This document shows, piece by piece, positions 1 through 14,755 of a DNA stretch of 64,000 nucleotides. Under the pieces are notes generated by a model. That model saw only the letters and a list, made by a program, of their open reading frames with translations. It did not search any database and was not told the origin of the DNA. Position 1 is the first letter of the stretch, and each line of letters starts with the position of its first letter. A program made the translations under genes and the position numbers. The stretch comes from Spirochaetales bacterium. Its GTDB lineage: Bacteria; Spirochaetota; Spirochaetia; JABEVK01. The stretch is taken from the NCBI GenBank assembly GCA_037142615.1, contig JBAXAI010000001.1, forward strand, positions 128,001-192,000, given 5' to 3'.

Positions 1-17
1 TGCCCCACGCCACTTCC

Positions 18-1788
<1,771 letters not shown>

Positions 1789-1811
<23 letters not shown>

Positions 1812-3348
1812 GGCGGCCATGCAGCCAACGGGCCGACAACAAGGCGCGGGAAAGGAAGCTGCTTTCGAGCCTGACCTCAGGGTCAGGAAAGTGAAAGTAG
1901 AGGTAATCCAGTTCCGCCAGTTGTCGCAGAAGCTCGTCACCAGGAGCACCGCGGTTGACGGCCTCGAAAGATCCTAGTAGGAGTTCAAGCCTGGTAAGTT
2001 CTTGTTTGACAAGGCTTTGCGCCAAGACCGGACCCTGCGTTGGTTTTTCGTTCGTCCCGCTGACCCTGGGGGTGAACCCCGACTTTGGCGAAGTGTGCGC
2101 CGGAAGTTGATCCAACCGGCTCAGTCCCAACTCTAGGCCCTGCGCTCCCAGGACGGAGGTTCGGTGCGTTTGCGGGCGCGCGATTTGGGCTAGCGAGGCC
2201 GCGTAGCCTTTGAGGACACTCGTGGTGCGGAAGCCTCCGGGAGCTGTCGAATTGGTCGTGGCGGACCAAGTCCCCGGCTGTTCTGTGCCTCTGAGTCGGG
2301 TGGTTTGCTGCAAAAGCGCGGTGAGGGCAGGGGCGCCCTTGGCGTGAGTCTTGCCTTCCGGCCAGCTGAAATCCAAACCTGCAAGTGTGACACTCCCACT
2401 GGTGAGCCGATGGGCGAGTGCGACAGCGGTTACACCCACCGAGCCCAGCGGGTCAAGGCAGGGAACCACCGATTCGAGTGGCCAGCGGCTCCAGAGGGCC
2501 AAGGGCGCAAACCGCGAATTAAACCACCAAACCGGTCCCCCGAGCGCTCGTCGGCTGGTAGGATGCGAAGTGACGTCGGCGAACAGAGCGATACCGCTAC
2601 CGGCACCCGGCAGAAAATCGCGGAGATTCGCCTGCTGCGCTTCGACGCACACCACACCGTCCGGACGAACTCCAGCGGCCAAGAGCGTCGGCAGGGCCGT
2701 GTCGGCAGCAAGGACCCGAACATTGGGTTTCTGCTTCAGGGCAGGGAGCCACGCCTCGAGACTGGTGCCGGCGCCGCAAACGACCACGGGGTCCTCTCCC
2801 CAGTGCGGCCATGGCAAGGACGCGAAAGCCGGCGAGGCAAGATTGTCAAAAAGGTTCCGGATCCACAGGGGACCCAGGTGAAGGGAGGTCATCCTGTTGG
2901 CCCAATGCATGGCCAAACCGGCTTCAAGACGGCCAAGTACCTCGCGGTAGCGAGCTGCGTGTAACAGCCAGCCTCCTGTAATGGGAAACCAAACGCAACG
3001 TCGGAGCCTGTCTAGGTTGAGGCGGCTCAGCAAGTCCTGAACAGCGGCCTCTGTGTCGTCTTCGAGCCAAAAGTATTGCCGTGAGGGTAACAGGGTCCTG
3101 ACAGCCAACTCGCGGAGCGAGGGGTCCTTTTCTGCGAGAACAACCACCGAGCCCGAGGTGAGCCAAGGTTCCAAGACCGACATTCCCCAAGCCTCCAAAG
3201 GCGAGGGGATGAAAATCAATGCCTGTTCCAGTCGGGAGCCCAGCGAATCGGCAAGGGACTTCAGACGCTGGAACTCCGAGGCCGGTGTCGCCTCGAGCAT
3301 CCTCAAAGTCCGCCCCTTCCAGCTTCGGAGGGGCGACTCCGGAATCAC
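1789..3348 (-). CDS. DUF115/MptE-like (Maf-type motility-associated factor) protein
   Basis: VCGAGTSLE, LAADTAL, PDGVVCVE and LAGLDFSW..HAKG motifs typical of DUF115; 3' end overlaps the lepA 3' end by 23 nt. Confidence 0.75.
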
Positions 3349-4850
3349 TGGGTATAGAGCCGGTTGTATTCCGTCTGGAACTCGTCCTTGAACTTGGGAG
3401 ACGTAAGGATGAGCTGCTGGAGAGCTGACTGGCGATCGGAAACTGCCTTGGACCGAACGGAGGCTTCGGTAACGGCCGTGTCGCCGGTGGCAGCTTCCGT
3501 CTTGACCTCATCTACGCGCATTACGAGCACGACGGTTCCCGTCAGGATAGGGGCGGTAACACCCTTGTCGGCGGTTCGGAAGGCCTTCTTGAAGAAGTCC
3601 TCGTTCGCGCTCTGGCCTTGGATCACGGAGTCCTTCGTGGCGCTCGAAAGGGAGTTGAACAAATCGTCATTCCCAAAGTTGAGCGAAACCCACTCCGTTT
3701 TCTGAACGCTCTTGCCCAGGGCCTTGGCTGCCGCGTCGAAGTTCGAAGTCGCAGCTACCTGAAACTCCTTGGCTTTGCTCTCAAGGTAGTCTTCCACCAG
3801 TCCACGGTCGTTCTTTTCGAGGTACGATCGAGCCAAGTCCAAAGTCGCGGTGGCGGTCAGGTCGGCGTCGCGAGAGGCTTCGACAACCTTGTAGAAGGTC
3901 CAGTTGCTTCCATTGGAGAAGACATCGGAAACGCCGCCCTTTGCCAACCCGTAGACTTTGTCCAGGTTTTCAATTTTCGTAATTTCGCTCTTCAGCTCGT
4001 AATAGGCCCGCGAGTTCAAGGCTCCACCGGTCTCAGCGAGGGGGTCCTTCGAGTAGGTCTTGGCCAGCTCTTCGAAGGTCTTGACGCCCTTGACAGCCTC
4101 GTCGTGCACTTTCTTTGCCTCGGCCTCGCTGGCGGTCACCGTGATCCGGCTGAGGTTGATCGTGCGGAAGAGGGCCTTGTTTTTCTGGGCGTAGTCCTTG
4201 ACCTGATCGAGCGGAAAGTCGGCATCGACAAAGCTGATGTACGAGAACTTGCGTTGAGGAAACGCGAGCGAGGTCACGAACTTAGAAGTCGAACCGGAAA
4301 GCAAGGTACCCGAGGTGTAGTCCCCTGCGAACTGCTGGGTCAGCAACTCGGCCTGAGTTTCCTGACGGTAGCGGAAGCGATCGGCGGCCGAGGTGTTACG
4401 CCAGAGCTCTTCGCTGAAGGCTCCATCCTGCTGGTAAGCCGAATGCTTGACCAGCTGGGAGTCGAGAAACTTGTCGGTGACGACGATGCCTGCCCGCTCG
4501 GCTTCTTTCTTCAGGCCGACCTGCAGTGCGGTCTGCTGGAAAGCCTGCCTCCACACCAGTTGCCGGGTCTGGTTCACGTCAGAACCGAAGTTGAACTGCT
4601 CGTAAAGGCGGCTGAGGTACTCGACCTGCTGGGCGTAGTAGTTGCCCTGCACGTACTCGATGGGAACCCCGTCGTAGCTGCCGAACACGAACGCGTCAGA
4701 TGTGCCAGCCTTGGAAACTATCGGAGCACCGATAAAAGTCACGATAATGACCACCAGAATGCCGCCGGAGAAGAGCGTGATGCCCAGTCCATGCTGGCGC
4801 TTGTCTTTAGGGGACTTTTCTGGATTGAGTTTCACGGTATTCGAAGGCAT
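3345..4850 (-). CDS. PpiD/SurA-like membrane-anchored peptidyl-prolyl isomerase/chaperone
   Basis: N-terminal TM helix, SurA-N-like helical region, rotamase-like FEELAKTYSKDP..GG; start moved to ATG 4850 (AAGGA SD upstream). Confidence 0.75.
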   Translation of the reverse strand: MPSNTVKLNPEKSPKDKRQHGLGITLFSGGILVVIIVTFIGAPIVSKAGTSDAFVFGSYDGVPIEYVQGNYYAQQVEYLSRLYEQFNFGSDVNQTRQLVWRQAFQQTALQVGLKKEAERAGIVVTDKFLDSQLVKHSAYQQDGAFSEELWRNTSAADRFRYRQETQAELLTQQFAGDYTSGTLLSGSTSKFVTSLAFPQRKFSYISFVDADFPLDQVKDYAQKNKALFRTINLSRITVTASEAEAKKVHDEAVKGVKTFEELAKTYSKDPLAETGGALNSRAYYELKSEITKIENLDKVYGLAKGGVSDVFSNGSNWTFYKVVEASRDADLTATATLDLARSYLEKNDRGLVEDYLESKAKEFQVAATSNFDAAAKALGKSVQKTEWVSLNFGNDDLFNSLSSATKDSVIQGQSANEDFFKKAFRTADKGVTAPILTGTVVLVMRVDEVKTEAATGDTAVTEASVRSKAVSDRQSALQQLILTSPKFKDEFQTEYNRLYTQ

Positions 4851-4881
4851 GTCGGTTCCTTGAGGCGAGATTTGAGCCAAC

Positions 4882-4910
4882 AAAATAGCACGGACGACCC
4901 CGACTGTCAA
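4882..4910 (-). promoter_or_regulatory. Sigma70-like promoter for the PpiD-like gene
   Basis: Minus strand TTGACA-17 nt-TATTTT with extended -10 TG. Confidence 0.6.
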
Positions 4911-5425
4911 CGAAGGGGAAGGGGCTCCAGGGGAAAGACTGCCGTGATCACCAGGAGTTCTCCTCCTTCAAGGTCGGCGTGTATGAGAGCCCCGGTCTCC
5001 AACCGAATCTTGGCGTAGCCGAGCATCGACTTGCCACTTTGATCGGAAAGGGACGCCAGGACTTTGCGCTTGAAGGCTTCGCGCGGGTCGGCTTCCCGGT
5101 AGACGAGTTGGATCTCTTCCTGGATCAGTTTCAAGACCTCTGGACCGGAAGACTCGACGTAGTTGCGGACTTGGAGGGTGATGGCGTCTTCCGAGCGGAG
5201 GAGCATCACATGGAAATCGGTGTCTGCCGGGGAGTATTTGTACGCGTTTTCGATCAGTTCTGAGGACGCAGTCGCGAGCTTCTCGGCGTACAGATGATCG
5301 TCCTTTCTCTCTTTGAAGATACCGAGGATCAGGTCAGCCAAGTACTTGCGGGTTGCGCTGACGAACTCCCATTGCTTGTAAATGTAGGCGTTGAGAAGAC
5401 AGTCCGGTTCTTGAAGTCGTGGCAC
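4907..5425 (-). CDS. Small HATPase-fold protein, Slr1658/SiaB-like putative Ser/Thr kinase
   Basis: N-box SSELIENAYKYS, then DPREAF..SGKSMLGYAKIRLE resembling the G2-box region; 172 aa, GTG start. Confidence 0.6.
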   Translation of the reverse strand: MPRLQEPDCLLNAYIYKQWEFVSATRKYLADLILGIFKERKDDHLYAEKLATASSELIENAYKYSPADTDFHVMLLRSEDAITLQVRNYVESSGPEVLKLIQEEIQLVYREADPREAFKRKVLASLSDQSGKSMLGYAKIRLETGALIHADLEGGELLVITAVFPLEPLPLR

Positions 5426-5469
5426 AAAAGGCCCCCTGCCAGCAGTCTAGGCCAAGGCTTGCTTCGCGT

Positions 5470-7194
5470 CTATTGCGGAGCGTCCATGAGATCCTGAAAG
5501 AAAGTCTGCGCTTTCTGGCGGATATTCCGGGGGAGGTCGGCCTGGTAGAGCGCTGTGAGCAAGATCACCATCGACGGATCCGCCGAATTGCCCCCTGCCA
5601 CCCAGAGTTGCCGCGCAGAGTCGAGCAGCGCGTCGGCGAGAACCGCTTCGCCGGGTTTGCGCTGTTGCAGCGCGGTCAGCATTTTCATGAGCCGGCCGTC
5701 GCCATCCCAGCCCGTAGCGGCCATTGCCCTGGCTCCCTGCGCCAGATTGACCGGATCAAACTCGCGGTCGAGCAGCGAAAGCAACTCCTCCCGGTCTTCG
5801 GCACCGGCCGTGAGGGCCAAGAGTCGGTAGGCCCTGAGACGGTTGCCGGGCCAGTTGTTCGTCACATAGTTGTTGTGCAATTCCAGATCGGTGATTCCAG
5901 ACCGCACGATCTTGAGCAAAATGAGGTTGGCAAATGGCCAAGTGGTAAGGAGGGTCGCTGTGGCCTCCTTTGCTTCGAACAGCCTGAGGACAGTCTGCTG
6001 CTTTTCGTCCTCTCCTGACGAGGCAAGCTGCAGGAAGTAGCCGAAATCTGGCTGGTCTTCCCAGTTCGAGGCCCTCGCAACCAGAGTCGCAGGCCGCGTG
6101 GTGGACGAAGCGCGTGCAGGGCCCCCGCCGGCTTGTGACCAGGAAAAAGGCGCAAAGCGGCCTCCCTTCCAGACTTGCACCCGCCAGTCTTCGGTCCCCC
6201 AGGCCAAAAGTCCCGCCTCGGTCAACACCGGTGCCGTCGTGGGAATCCCCGACCCGAGGGTGCCCAGGAAGTGCCCGTCGTAGGACCATTGTTCAAGCCC
6301 GGAGGACGTTGGCACGTGTACACGGCCCCTATCGTCGACAACCGCCTCGGCGAGCGCGGGGTGGGGGAGCGAAAACTGAACAACGACAGATCCGCCGGGA
6401 CCCAGACGACGTACGCGGGCCGGTTCTGTGACCACCAGTCGGTTTTGGCGGTCAGAAGTGACGCCAAGGATACCCGGCGCAGAGTAAATTCGTCGCAAGG
6501 CCGCCATTTCGGGGTCCAGAAGCCACAGGCCCGTTTCGGACCAAAGGTAGAGATTGCCGGCCAGAGTCTGGATCAAGCCCCTGGGAGCAGCGTCAAGAGG
6601 CCACTGTCTCAGCGTGTTCCCTTGGCGGTCCAGCAGGAGCAAAGATCCCGAGGCTGCAACAAAGAGGCCCTGGCTGTCATCGTTGAGCAGGCCCCGGAAA
6701 GGGGCAAGGTCGCGGCTCCACAGAAGCTGACCGTGGGCATTCCAAGACTCCAGGTGCCCGTCCATCCAGCCTTGGTAGAGGCGCCCGGAAGCGTCCCAGA
6801 CCGTTGGGCCGGAAGGGACCTCGGCACGCTGCAGCGAGAATTGCACCGCCAGGTGCACTGTGAGAGCGTCCCAGGCCAGGATGTCGACGCGTCCGGTAAT
6901 CTGAGGCACAGAAAGCAGTTGAAGTGGTCCCCTCGGGGCAATTGTCACCGTCGCCGCGATGCGAGCTCTTGCCTGCCAGGCCGTCAGCACACGAGCCTGC
7001 GCATCGAGAACCGAAACGCTCTGGTCTTCGCAGGGAGCCACCAGCTCACCACCGGGAAGACCGGAAAGCCCAAAAACCATGCGCCCCGGGAACAGAAGTT
7101 CCCCGGAACTCGAGGGCTCTGGGACCGGGGCTGCGGTCAGTGCCACGGCGGTCGCGAGCGCCAGAAACGCGGTGGCGCTGTACTTAGCGGACAA
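5470..7194 (-). CDS. Exported beta-propeller (PQQ-like repeat) protein with helical (HEAT-like) C-terminus
   Basis: Signal-peptide-like ATAFLALATAVALTAA; repeats such as DGHLESWNAHGQLLWS and LDRQGNTLRQW; start uncertain (TTG 7194 chosen). Confidence 0.6.
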   Translation of the reverse strand: MSAKYSATAFLALATAVALTAAPVPEPSSSGELLFPGRMVFGLSGLPGGELVAPCEDQSVSVLDAQARVLTAWQARARIAATVTIAPRGPLQLLSVPQITGRVDILAWDALTVHLAVQFSLQRAEVPSGPTVWDASGRLYQGWMDGHLESWNAHGQLLWSRDLAPFRGLLNDDSQGLFVAASGSLLLLDRQGNTLRQWPLDAAPRGLIQTLAGNLYLWSETGLWLLDPEMAALRRIYSAPGILGVTSDRQNRLVVTEPARVRRLGPGGSVVVQFSLPHPALAEAVVDDRGRVHVPTSSGLEQWSYDGHFLGTLGSGIPTTAPVLTEAGLLAWGTEDWRVQVWKGGRFAPFSWSQAGGGPARASSTTRPATLVARASNWEDQPDFGYFLQLASSGEDEKQQTVLRLFEAKEATATLLTTWPFANLILLKIVRSGITDLELHNNYVTNNWPGNRLRAYRLLALTAGAEDREELLSLLDREFDPVNLAQGARAMAATGWDGDGRLMKMLTALQQRKPGEAVLADALLDSARQLWVAGGNSADPSMVILLTALYQADLPRNIRQKAQTFFQDLMDAPQ

Positions 7195-8332
7195 ACCGGG
7201 CCACCGCTTCGATATGGCTGGTCTGCGGGTAGAAGTCGAACAGCGTGAGCGAGTCAAGGCGATAACCTTTGGTTTCGAGGTCGGCCGTGTCGCGGGCCAA
7301 GGTATCGGGGTTGCAGCTCACATAAATAAGATGCGATGTCGGGAAGTCTGCCAGAAAGCGCCTCACCTCGCCCGAAAGTCCGGTTCGAGGGGGGTCCACG
7401 ACGATGACGTCCCACCGAGGTTTGGGGGTGACCCTCTTGAGGCGGGCCACCCAGGCTTCGAGCGACGAAGCAATGAACTCATGCAGTGGGCCGACGACAT
7501 TCTTGCGGGCCAGGTCGAGCGCCGATGCGTTTTCTTCGACGGCGGTGACCCTGGGGTAGTGGTCGGCCAGGAAAGCCGCGAACAGGCCGACACCGCAGTA
7601 GAGGTCAAGGGCGCGGCCGTGGGCGGTCTCCGGGAGCCCTCCAACCACTTGCTCGACAAAGGCCGGCAGCAAGGCGCTGTTGGACTGAAAAAAGCCGTCG
7701 GTGGCCACCAAGAAGGGTTTGCCAGCCACCTCGACGCGCACCACCGGGTCTCGGCCCTCCTCCCACGGGGTGTCCCCAGGCGCGAACACGAGAGTTCGGC
7801 CGACCCTGAGGTCTGGAGCGCCGCCTTCCAAAAGCTCGCGGAAACCGTCGGTGGCTATGGGACAGCGGGTAACCGGTACCACCTCGTTCGAACCGCGCGC
7901 CATGAAGCCCGCCCGGGACTGCGCCGTGCTCTTGTGCAGTTGGAGGCGGGTCCGATAAGCCCAAGCCGGCCCGGCAACGAGCGCGGGCAGGGGAATCTCC
8001 TTCTTGGCGATACGTCGGAAACTTTCAGCGACCAGCAACTGTTTTTGGCGCCGCTGAGCGTCCTCGGTCAGGTGCATGAAGTCGCAACCACCGCAAAGGC
8101 CGTAGAGTTCACAGGGGGGTGTTCGCCGGTCTGCGGAAGGCGAGACCACACTTTCCAGCCGCCCCCTCAAGAACCCCTTTTCCTGTCGGCTCACGGAATA
8201 CCGGATGACCTCGCCCGGCAGTGCACCGGGAACAAAGACCAGCGGTCCCTCGCCGCGAACCAGACCATCACCGCCAGAAACAAGCTTCTCGACGACCCCT
8301 GTCAGCCAAACGGATTCAGGACTTGGGGGCAA
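7184..8332 (-). CDS. TrmA/RlmD-family RNA m5U methyltransferase with TRAM domain
   Basis: [10 protein letters not shown] Fe-S motif, [45 protein letters not shown]. Confidence 0.92.
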   Translation of the reverse strand: MPPSPESVWLTGVVEKLVSGGDGLVRGEGPLVFVPGALPGEVIRYSVSRQEKGFLRGRLESVVSPSADRRTPPCELYGLCGGCDFMHLTEDAQRRQKQLLVAESFRRIAKKEIPLPALVAGPAWAYRTRLQLHKSTAQSRAGFMARGSNEVVPVTRCPIATDGFRELLEGGAPDLRVGRTLVFAPGDTPWEEGRDPVVRVEVAGKPFLVATDGFFQSNSALLPAFVEQVVGGLPETAHGRALDLYCGVGLFAAFLADHYPRVTAVEENASALDLARKNVVGPLHEFIASSLEAWVARLKRVTPKPRWDVIVVDPPRTGLSGEVRRFLADFPTSHLIYVSCNPDTLARDTADLETKGYRLDSLTLFDFYPQTSHIEAVARFVR

Positions 8333-10340
8333 AGTGGCTGAACTCCATGCTGAAAGTGCCCCGGCCCTGGGTCATGCTGCGAAGTCCGGTCGTGAAGCCA
8401 AACATCTTCACCATGGGAACCTCGCTGTGCACGATTTCGCGCGTGGGCTGGCTGTCCATAGAGTGCACAATGCCACCTTTCTGGCTCAGGTAGCCTACCA
8501 CTTCGCCAACGAACTCGCGGGGGCTGAGGATGGTGACTTTCATGATGGGTTCCAGCTGGACGGGACTGCTCTTGCGGGCGGCGTTGTCGAAGCCCAGCGA
8601 GCCGGCTGCCTCGAAAGCAAACTCGGTGGCTGTCAGCTCGTCAAACTTGGCAGACCTCAGCGTCACCTCGACGTCGATGAGCGGGTAGCCCAAGAGGACC
8701 CCGCCCGTGAACGCACCTCGAACGCCCCTTTCGACGGCGTCCTGAAGCACTTCGGGGAGGGCCGACTTCGTCACGGCGGTTTGGAATACGTTTCCACTGC
8801 CACGGGCGCCGGGTTTGACCTCGAGCGTGATTTCAGCGTGGTTGGGTTTGCTGGCCAGCACGCGGTCGAAAACCTCGGTATGCACCACCGGCTCGGTGAC
8901 GGTTTCGCGGTAACTGACCTGAGGATTGCCCACGCGCGCCTTGACTTTGAACTCTTTGGTGATTCTGGTCACCAACACGTCGAGATGCAGCTCTCCCATG
9001 CCCGAGATCAGAGTCTGGCCCGTCTCTTTGTCTTCTTTGACGAGGAAGGTCGGGTCTTCGAGCATGAGCGTGGTGAGCACCGTCGCGAGCTTGCCGGCTT
9101 CCTCGGTGCTTTGCGGTTCGATAGCAATGCTGATCACTGGCTGCGGAAACTGCATTTTTTCGAGGAGCACCGGATAGTTGTCGAGGCCCAGAGTATCGCC
9201 AGTTTGGCTTTCTTTGAGGCCCACGATGACGCCAATGTCACCGGCCACCAACTGGTCCACCGCTTCGGCCCGGTTGGCGTGCATGCGGAGAAGGCGGTTG
9301 ACCCGCTCACGCTTCTTTTTGCCGATATTCAGCAACTGGCTCCCGCTCTTGAGCGTGCCGGAGTACACCCGCACGTAGCTCAGAAGGCCAGACTGAACGT
9401 CGTTTTGAATCTTGAACACCAGCGCGAGTAGATTGCCGCCCGCATCGGGCGTGATTTCGACGTCTTCCTCTTTCTTCAGGTGGTGCCCGCGGAAAGGCGG
9501 AACGTCGTCAGGTGCCGGAAGGTAGTCGATCACCCCGTCGAGCAACGGCTGAACACCGATGTTGCGCAGCGAGGCCCCCGCAAAAACGGCCACGGCCTTG
9601 AGGTCGAGCACGGCTTTTCTCAACGTCCTTTTGATCAGAGCCAGGGGGATCTCGGCGCCGTCGAGATAGAGTTCGGTCATCTCGTCGCTGAACGCGGTCA
9701 ACGCGTCAAGCAGCGCGTCCCTGGCCTTCGCGGCGGCGGCGGATCGCTCGGCGGCGACGGGGCTTCGCACCATTTCGGTGCCGTCCTGGCCTGCCCACCT
9801 CAGTTCTTCCAGGGTCAGCAAATCAATGACGCCTTCGAAACTATCTTCCGATCCGATAGGCATTTGGACGGCGAGGGGGTTTGCCCCCAACTTTTCCCGG
9901 ATCTCAGCGAGCACCATAGTGAAGTCTGCTCCGATGCGGTCCATCTTGTTCACGTAAGCGATGCGGGGAACCTTATAACGGTCCGCTTGGTGCCACACTG
10001 TCTCGGACTGCGGTTCTACCCCGTCGACGGCCGAAAACACGCCGATGGCGCCGTCGAGCACCCGAAGAGAACGTTCCACCTCGGCCGTAAAGTCGACATG
10101 GCCGGGGGTATCGATCAGGTTGATTTGCCAATCGTGCCACAGGCAGGTTGTCGCCGCCGAGGTGATGGTGATGCCGCGGTCCTGCTCTTGCTCCATCCAG
10201 TCCATGGTTGCATTGCCCGAGTCCACTTCACCAAGCTTGTGGGTCTTGCCCGTGTAGAAAAGGATGCGTTCCGAAGTGGTCGTCTTGCCCGCATCGATGT
10301 GGGCCATGATGCCGATGTTGCGTAAACCCTTGATGGCCAT
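8316..10340 (-). CDS. fusA: Elongation factor G paralogue (EF-G2-like)
   Basis: [32 protein letters not shown]; outside the str operon; divergent domain IV. Confidence 0.93.
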   Translation of the reverse strand: MAIKGLRNIGIMAHIDAGKTTTSERILFYTGKTHKLGEVDSGNATMDWMEQEQDRGITITSAATTCLWHDWQINLIDTPGHVDFTAEVERSLRVLDGAIGVFSAVDGVEPQSETVWHQADRYKVPRIAYVNKMDRIGADFTMVLAEIREKLGANPLAVQMPIGSEDSFEGVIDLLTLEELRWAGQDGTEMVRSPVAAERSAAAAKARDALLDALTAFSDEMTELYLDGAEIPLALIKRTLRKAVLDLKAVAVFAGASLRNIGVQPLLDGVIDYLPAPDDVPPFRGHHLKKEEDVEITPDAGGNLLALVFKIQNDVQSGLLSYVRVYSGTLKSGSQLLNIGKKKRERVNRLLRMHANRAEAVDQLVAGDIGVIVGLKESQTGDTLGLDNYPVLLEKMQFPQPVISIAIEPQSTEEAGKLATVLTTLMLEDPTFLVKEDKETGQTLISGMGELHLDVLVTRITKEFKVKARVGNPQVSYRETVTEPVVHTEVFDRVLASKPNHAEITLEVKPGARGSGNVFQTAVTKSALPEVLQDAVERGVRGAFTGGVLLGYPLIDVEVTLRSAKFDELTATEFAFEAAGSLGFDNAARKSSPVQLEPIMKVTILSPREFVGEVVGYLSQKGGIVHSMDSQPTREIVHSEVPMVKMFGFTTGLRSMTQGRGTFSMEFSHFAPKS

Positions 10341-10352
10341 GGAGAAAACTTC

Positions 10353-10697
10353 CTAGAAGGTGCTGCGGCAGGAGGTGAGGGCCGTCAACAGGCTGCGTTC
10401 CTGGTCGTCATCGACAAAGTCGAGCTTCATGCCGACCTGATAGAAGACTCCACCCGGTTCGCGGAAGCGGTGCATGACCTTCGCTTCGACTTCGAGCGTG
10501 GTGGTCGGATGGTCCTTCTTGAGAAAGTCGAGGACCAGTTTGACTTTGGTGCCGGGATTGAGCGGCTCATCGACCCGCAGTCGCAAACCGGCTTCCGAAA
10601 TATCCATGGTCTGAGCGCCGAGAGTCATTTCGCCGTCGCGCAGAATGCGAACTTCGTCGTCCATCGCGCATCGAGTTGCCTGTCGTTTTTCGTCCAT
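10353..10697 (-). CDS. Single-domain PilZ c-di-GMP receptor
   Basis: RQATR (RxxxR) and DISEAG (DxSxxG) motifs; 114 aa; purine-rich SD upstream. Confidence 0.85.
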   Translation of the reverse strand: MDEKRQATRCAMDDEVRILRDGEMTLGAQTMDISEAGLRLRVDEPLNPGTKVKLVLDFLKKDHPTTTLEVEAKVMHRFREPGGVFYQVGMKLDFVDDDQERSLLTALTSCRSTF

Positions 10698-10712
10698 GTG
10701 TCCCTTCCTTTC

Positions 10713-13445
<2,733 letters not shown>

Positions 13446-13451
13446 GGCAAC

Positions 13452-13515
13452 ACTGTAAAGAAACGTTCCACAGCGGTCAAGGTTCATTGACCGTCAGGGT
13501 GTCGCTTGGTATCCT
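13452..13515. promoter_or_regulatory. Back-to-back sigma70-like promoters (secA / lipoprotein operon)
   Basis: Minus: TTGACC(13480-13475)-17-TACAGT(13457-13452)-6 nt-ATG. Plus: TTGACC(13487-13492)-17-TATCCT(13510-13515)-7 nt-ATG. Confidence 0.65.
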
Positions 13516-13522
13516 CAGGCCC

Positions 13523-14755
13523 ATGAAGGCCTTTGCCCCCGCGTTCCTGCTGGCTTTGCTGGTTTCGTGCGCCCCTGCGGTACCCCCGTTGATGCCCAAG
13601 CAGTCCTTGTTCAAGCTCGAGTTGGGCACTCTCGACGATCAGATTGACCTTTTTGCGCGCGCCGGGCTCCCCTCTCCCTTGCGGAACAACTTTTCGTTCT
13701 ATGATGGCTTGGTGCTGGTGGCCAACGGCAATTCCCGCAAGGTCATGGAGTTCTCTTCCTATGGAGACCTCCTGACGCTGTACTACAACCCCGAAACCAA
13801 CCCAGTTCCTTCCCTGCTGGGGACCTCGGACCAAAGCGGAAACCTGGCCTTGAATCCGGTCAAGAACCGACGGGCTTTTCCGTATTCCTTCAATGAGATC
13901 GGTACGATCGGATTGAGCTCGACCAACCAGCTCTACGTCGAAGACAAGGTACCGGTGGAGCGTCGCGTGTACGATCCGGGACAAAGCGTCGTGTGGGAAA
14001 GCCGAATCCTCCGGTTCAGCAAGGACGGTCAATTTCTCGATTTTCTGGGGCAGGAAGGCATCGGGGGCACACCTTTTCCGGCCGTTGAACGCCTGACCAT
14101 CACGTTGAACGGCGATATCGTCGTGCTCAGCCGCACCGGCAAGGGCTGGAGTCTGTGGTGGTTCAACAACCTCGGTGCGCCAACCGGTCACCTTGAGGTC
14201 GATCGCACCCACCTGCCCGTTCCTGATTCCCCCGGGGTCACCCTGTTGCCTCAATTGGAGACGCTCTACGCGGACTGGAAACGCCAGGAGGTCCAGCTGA
14301 AGATTGACTATTTTCAGGAGACTTTGGACTCAACCACCAAGACTCCCTCCGGAATCCAGGTGCTCCATTCGCTGGTCTGGATTTATGACCTGGCAAAACA
14401 GTCCTACATCGGCCAATACGAGATACCCCAACTCAAGCGCGAGCGGGCCAAAGGTGCCGCCGAGGACCCCTTGGGCGACCGTCCCTACCAGTTCCTGGGC
14501 CTGAATGACGCCGGCTCGGCGTTCTTCCTGTCGAGTCCAGAAAGCCAGAGTCAACGGTTTCTCGTTCTTAGCCGTACCGGCGATGTTCAGCTCGAACGGA
14601 ACATCCAGTTGGCTGGTTCCGACATCTTGTTTGCCCAGTACGCCGTATCCCCCCAAGGAATTCTGACGGGTTTTCTCAGTGACGGGACGAGCGCCGAGAT
14701 CGCTTGGTGGCGAAGTGACAAATTGCTGGGGAGCTATGTACAGACTGGTTTCTGA
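13523..14755 (+). CDS. Lipoprotein with beta-propeller-like repeats (possibly the spirochaete LIC_12708-like family)
   Basis: MKAFAPAFLLALLVSC lipobox; NHL-like RILRFSKDGQFLDFLGQEGIGG; family name recalled, not verified. Confidence 0.7.
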   Translation: MKAFAPAFLLALLVSCAPAVPPLMPKQSLFKLELGTLDDQIDLFARAGLPSPLRNNFSFYDGLVLVANGNSRKVMEFSSYGDLLTLYYNPETNPVPSLLGTSDQSGNLALNPVKNRRAFPYSFNEIGTIGLSSTNQLYVEDKVPVERRVYDPGQSVVWESRILRFSKDGQFLDFLGQEGIGGTPFPAVERLTITLNGDIVVLSRTGKGWSLWWFNNLGAPTGHLEVDRTHLPVPDSPGVTLLPQLETLYADWKRQEVQLKIDYFQETLDSTTKTPSGIQVLHSLVWIYDLAKQSYIGQYEIPQLKRERAKGAAEDPLGDRPYQFLGLNDAGSAFFLSSPESQSQRFLVLSRTGDVQLERNIQLAGSDILFAQYAVSPQGILTGFLSDGTSAEIAWWRSDKLLGSYVQTGF

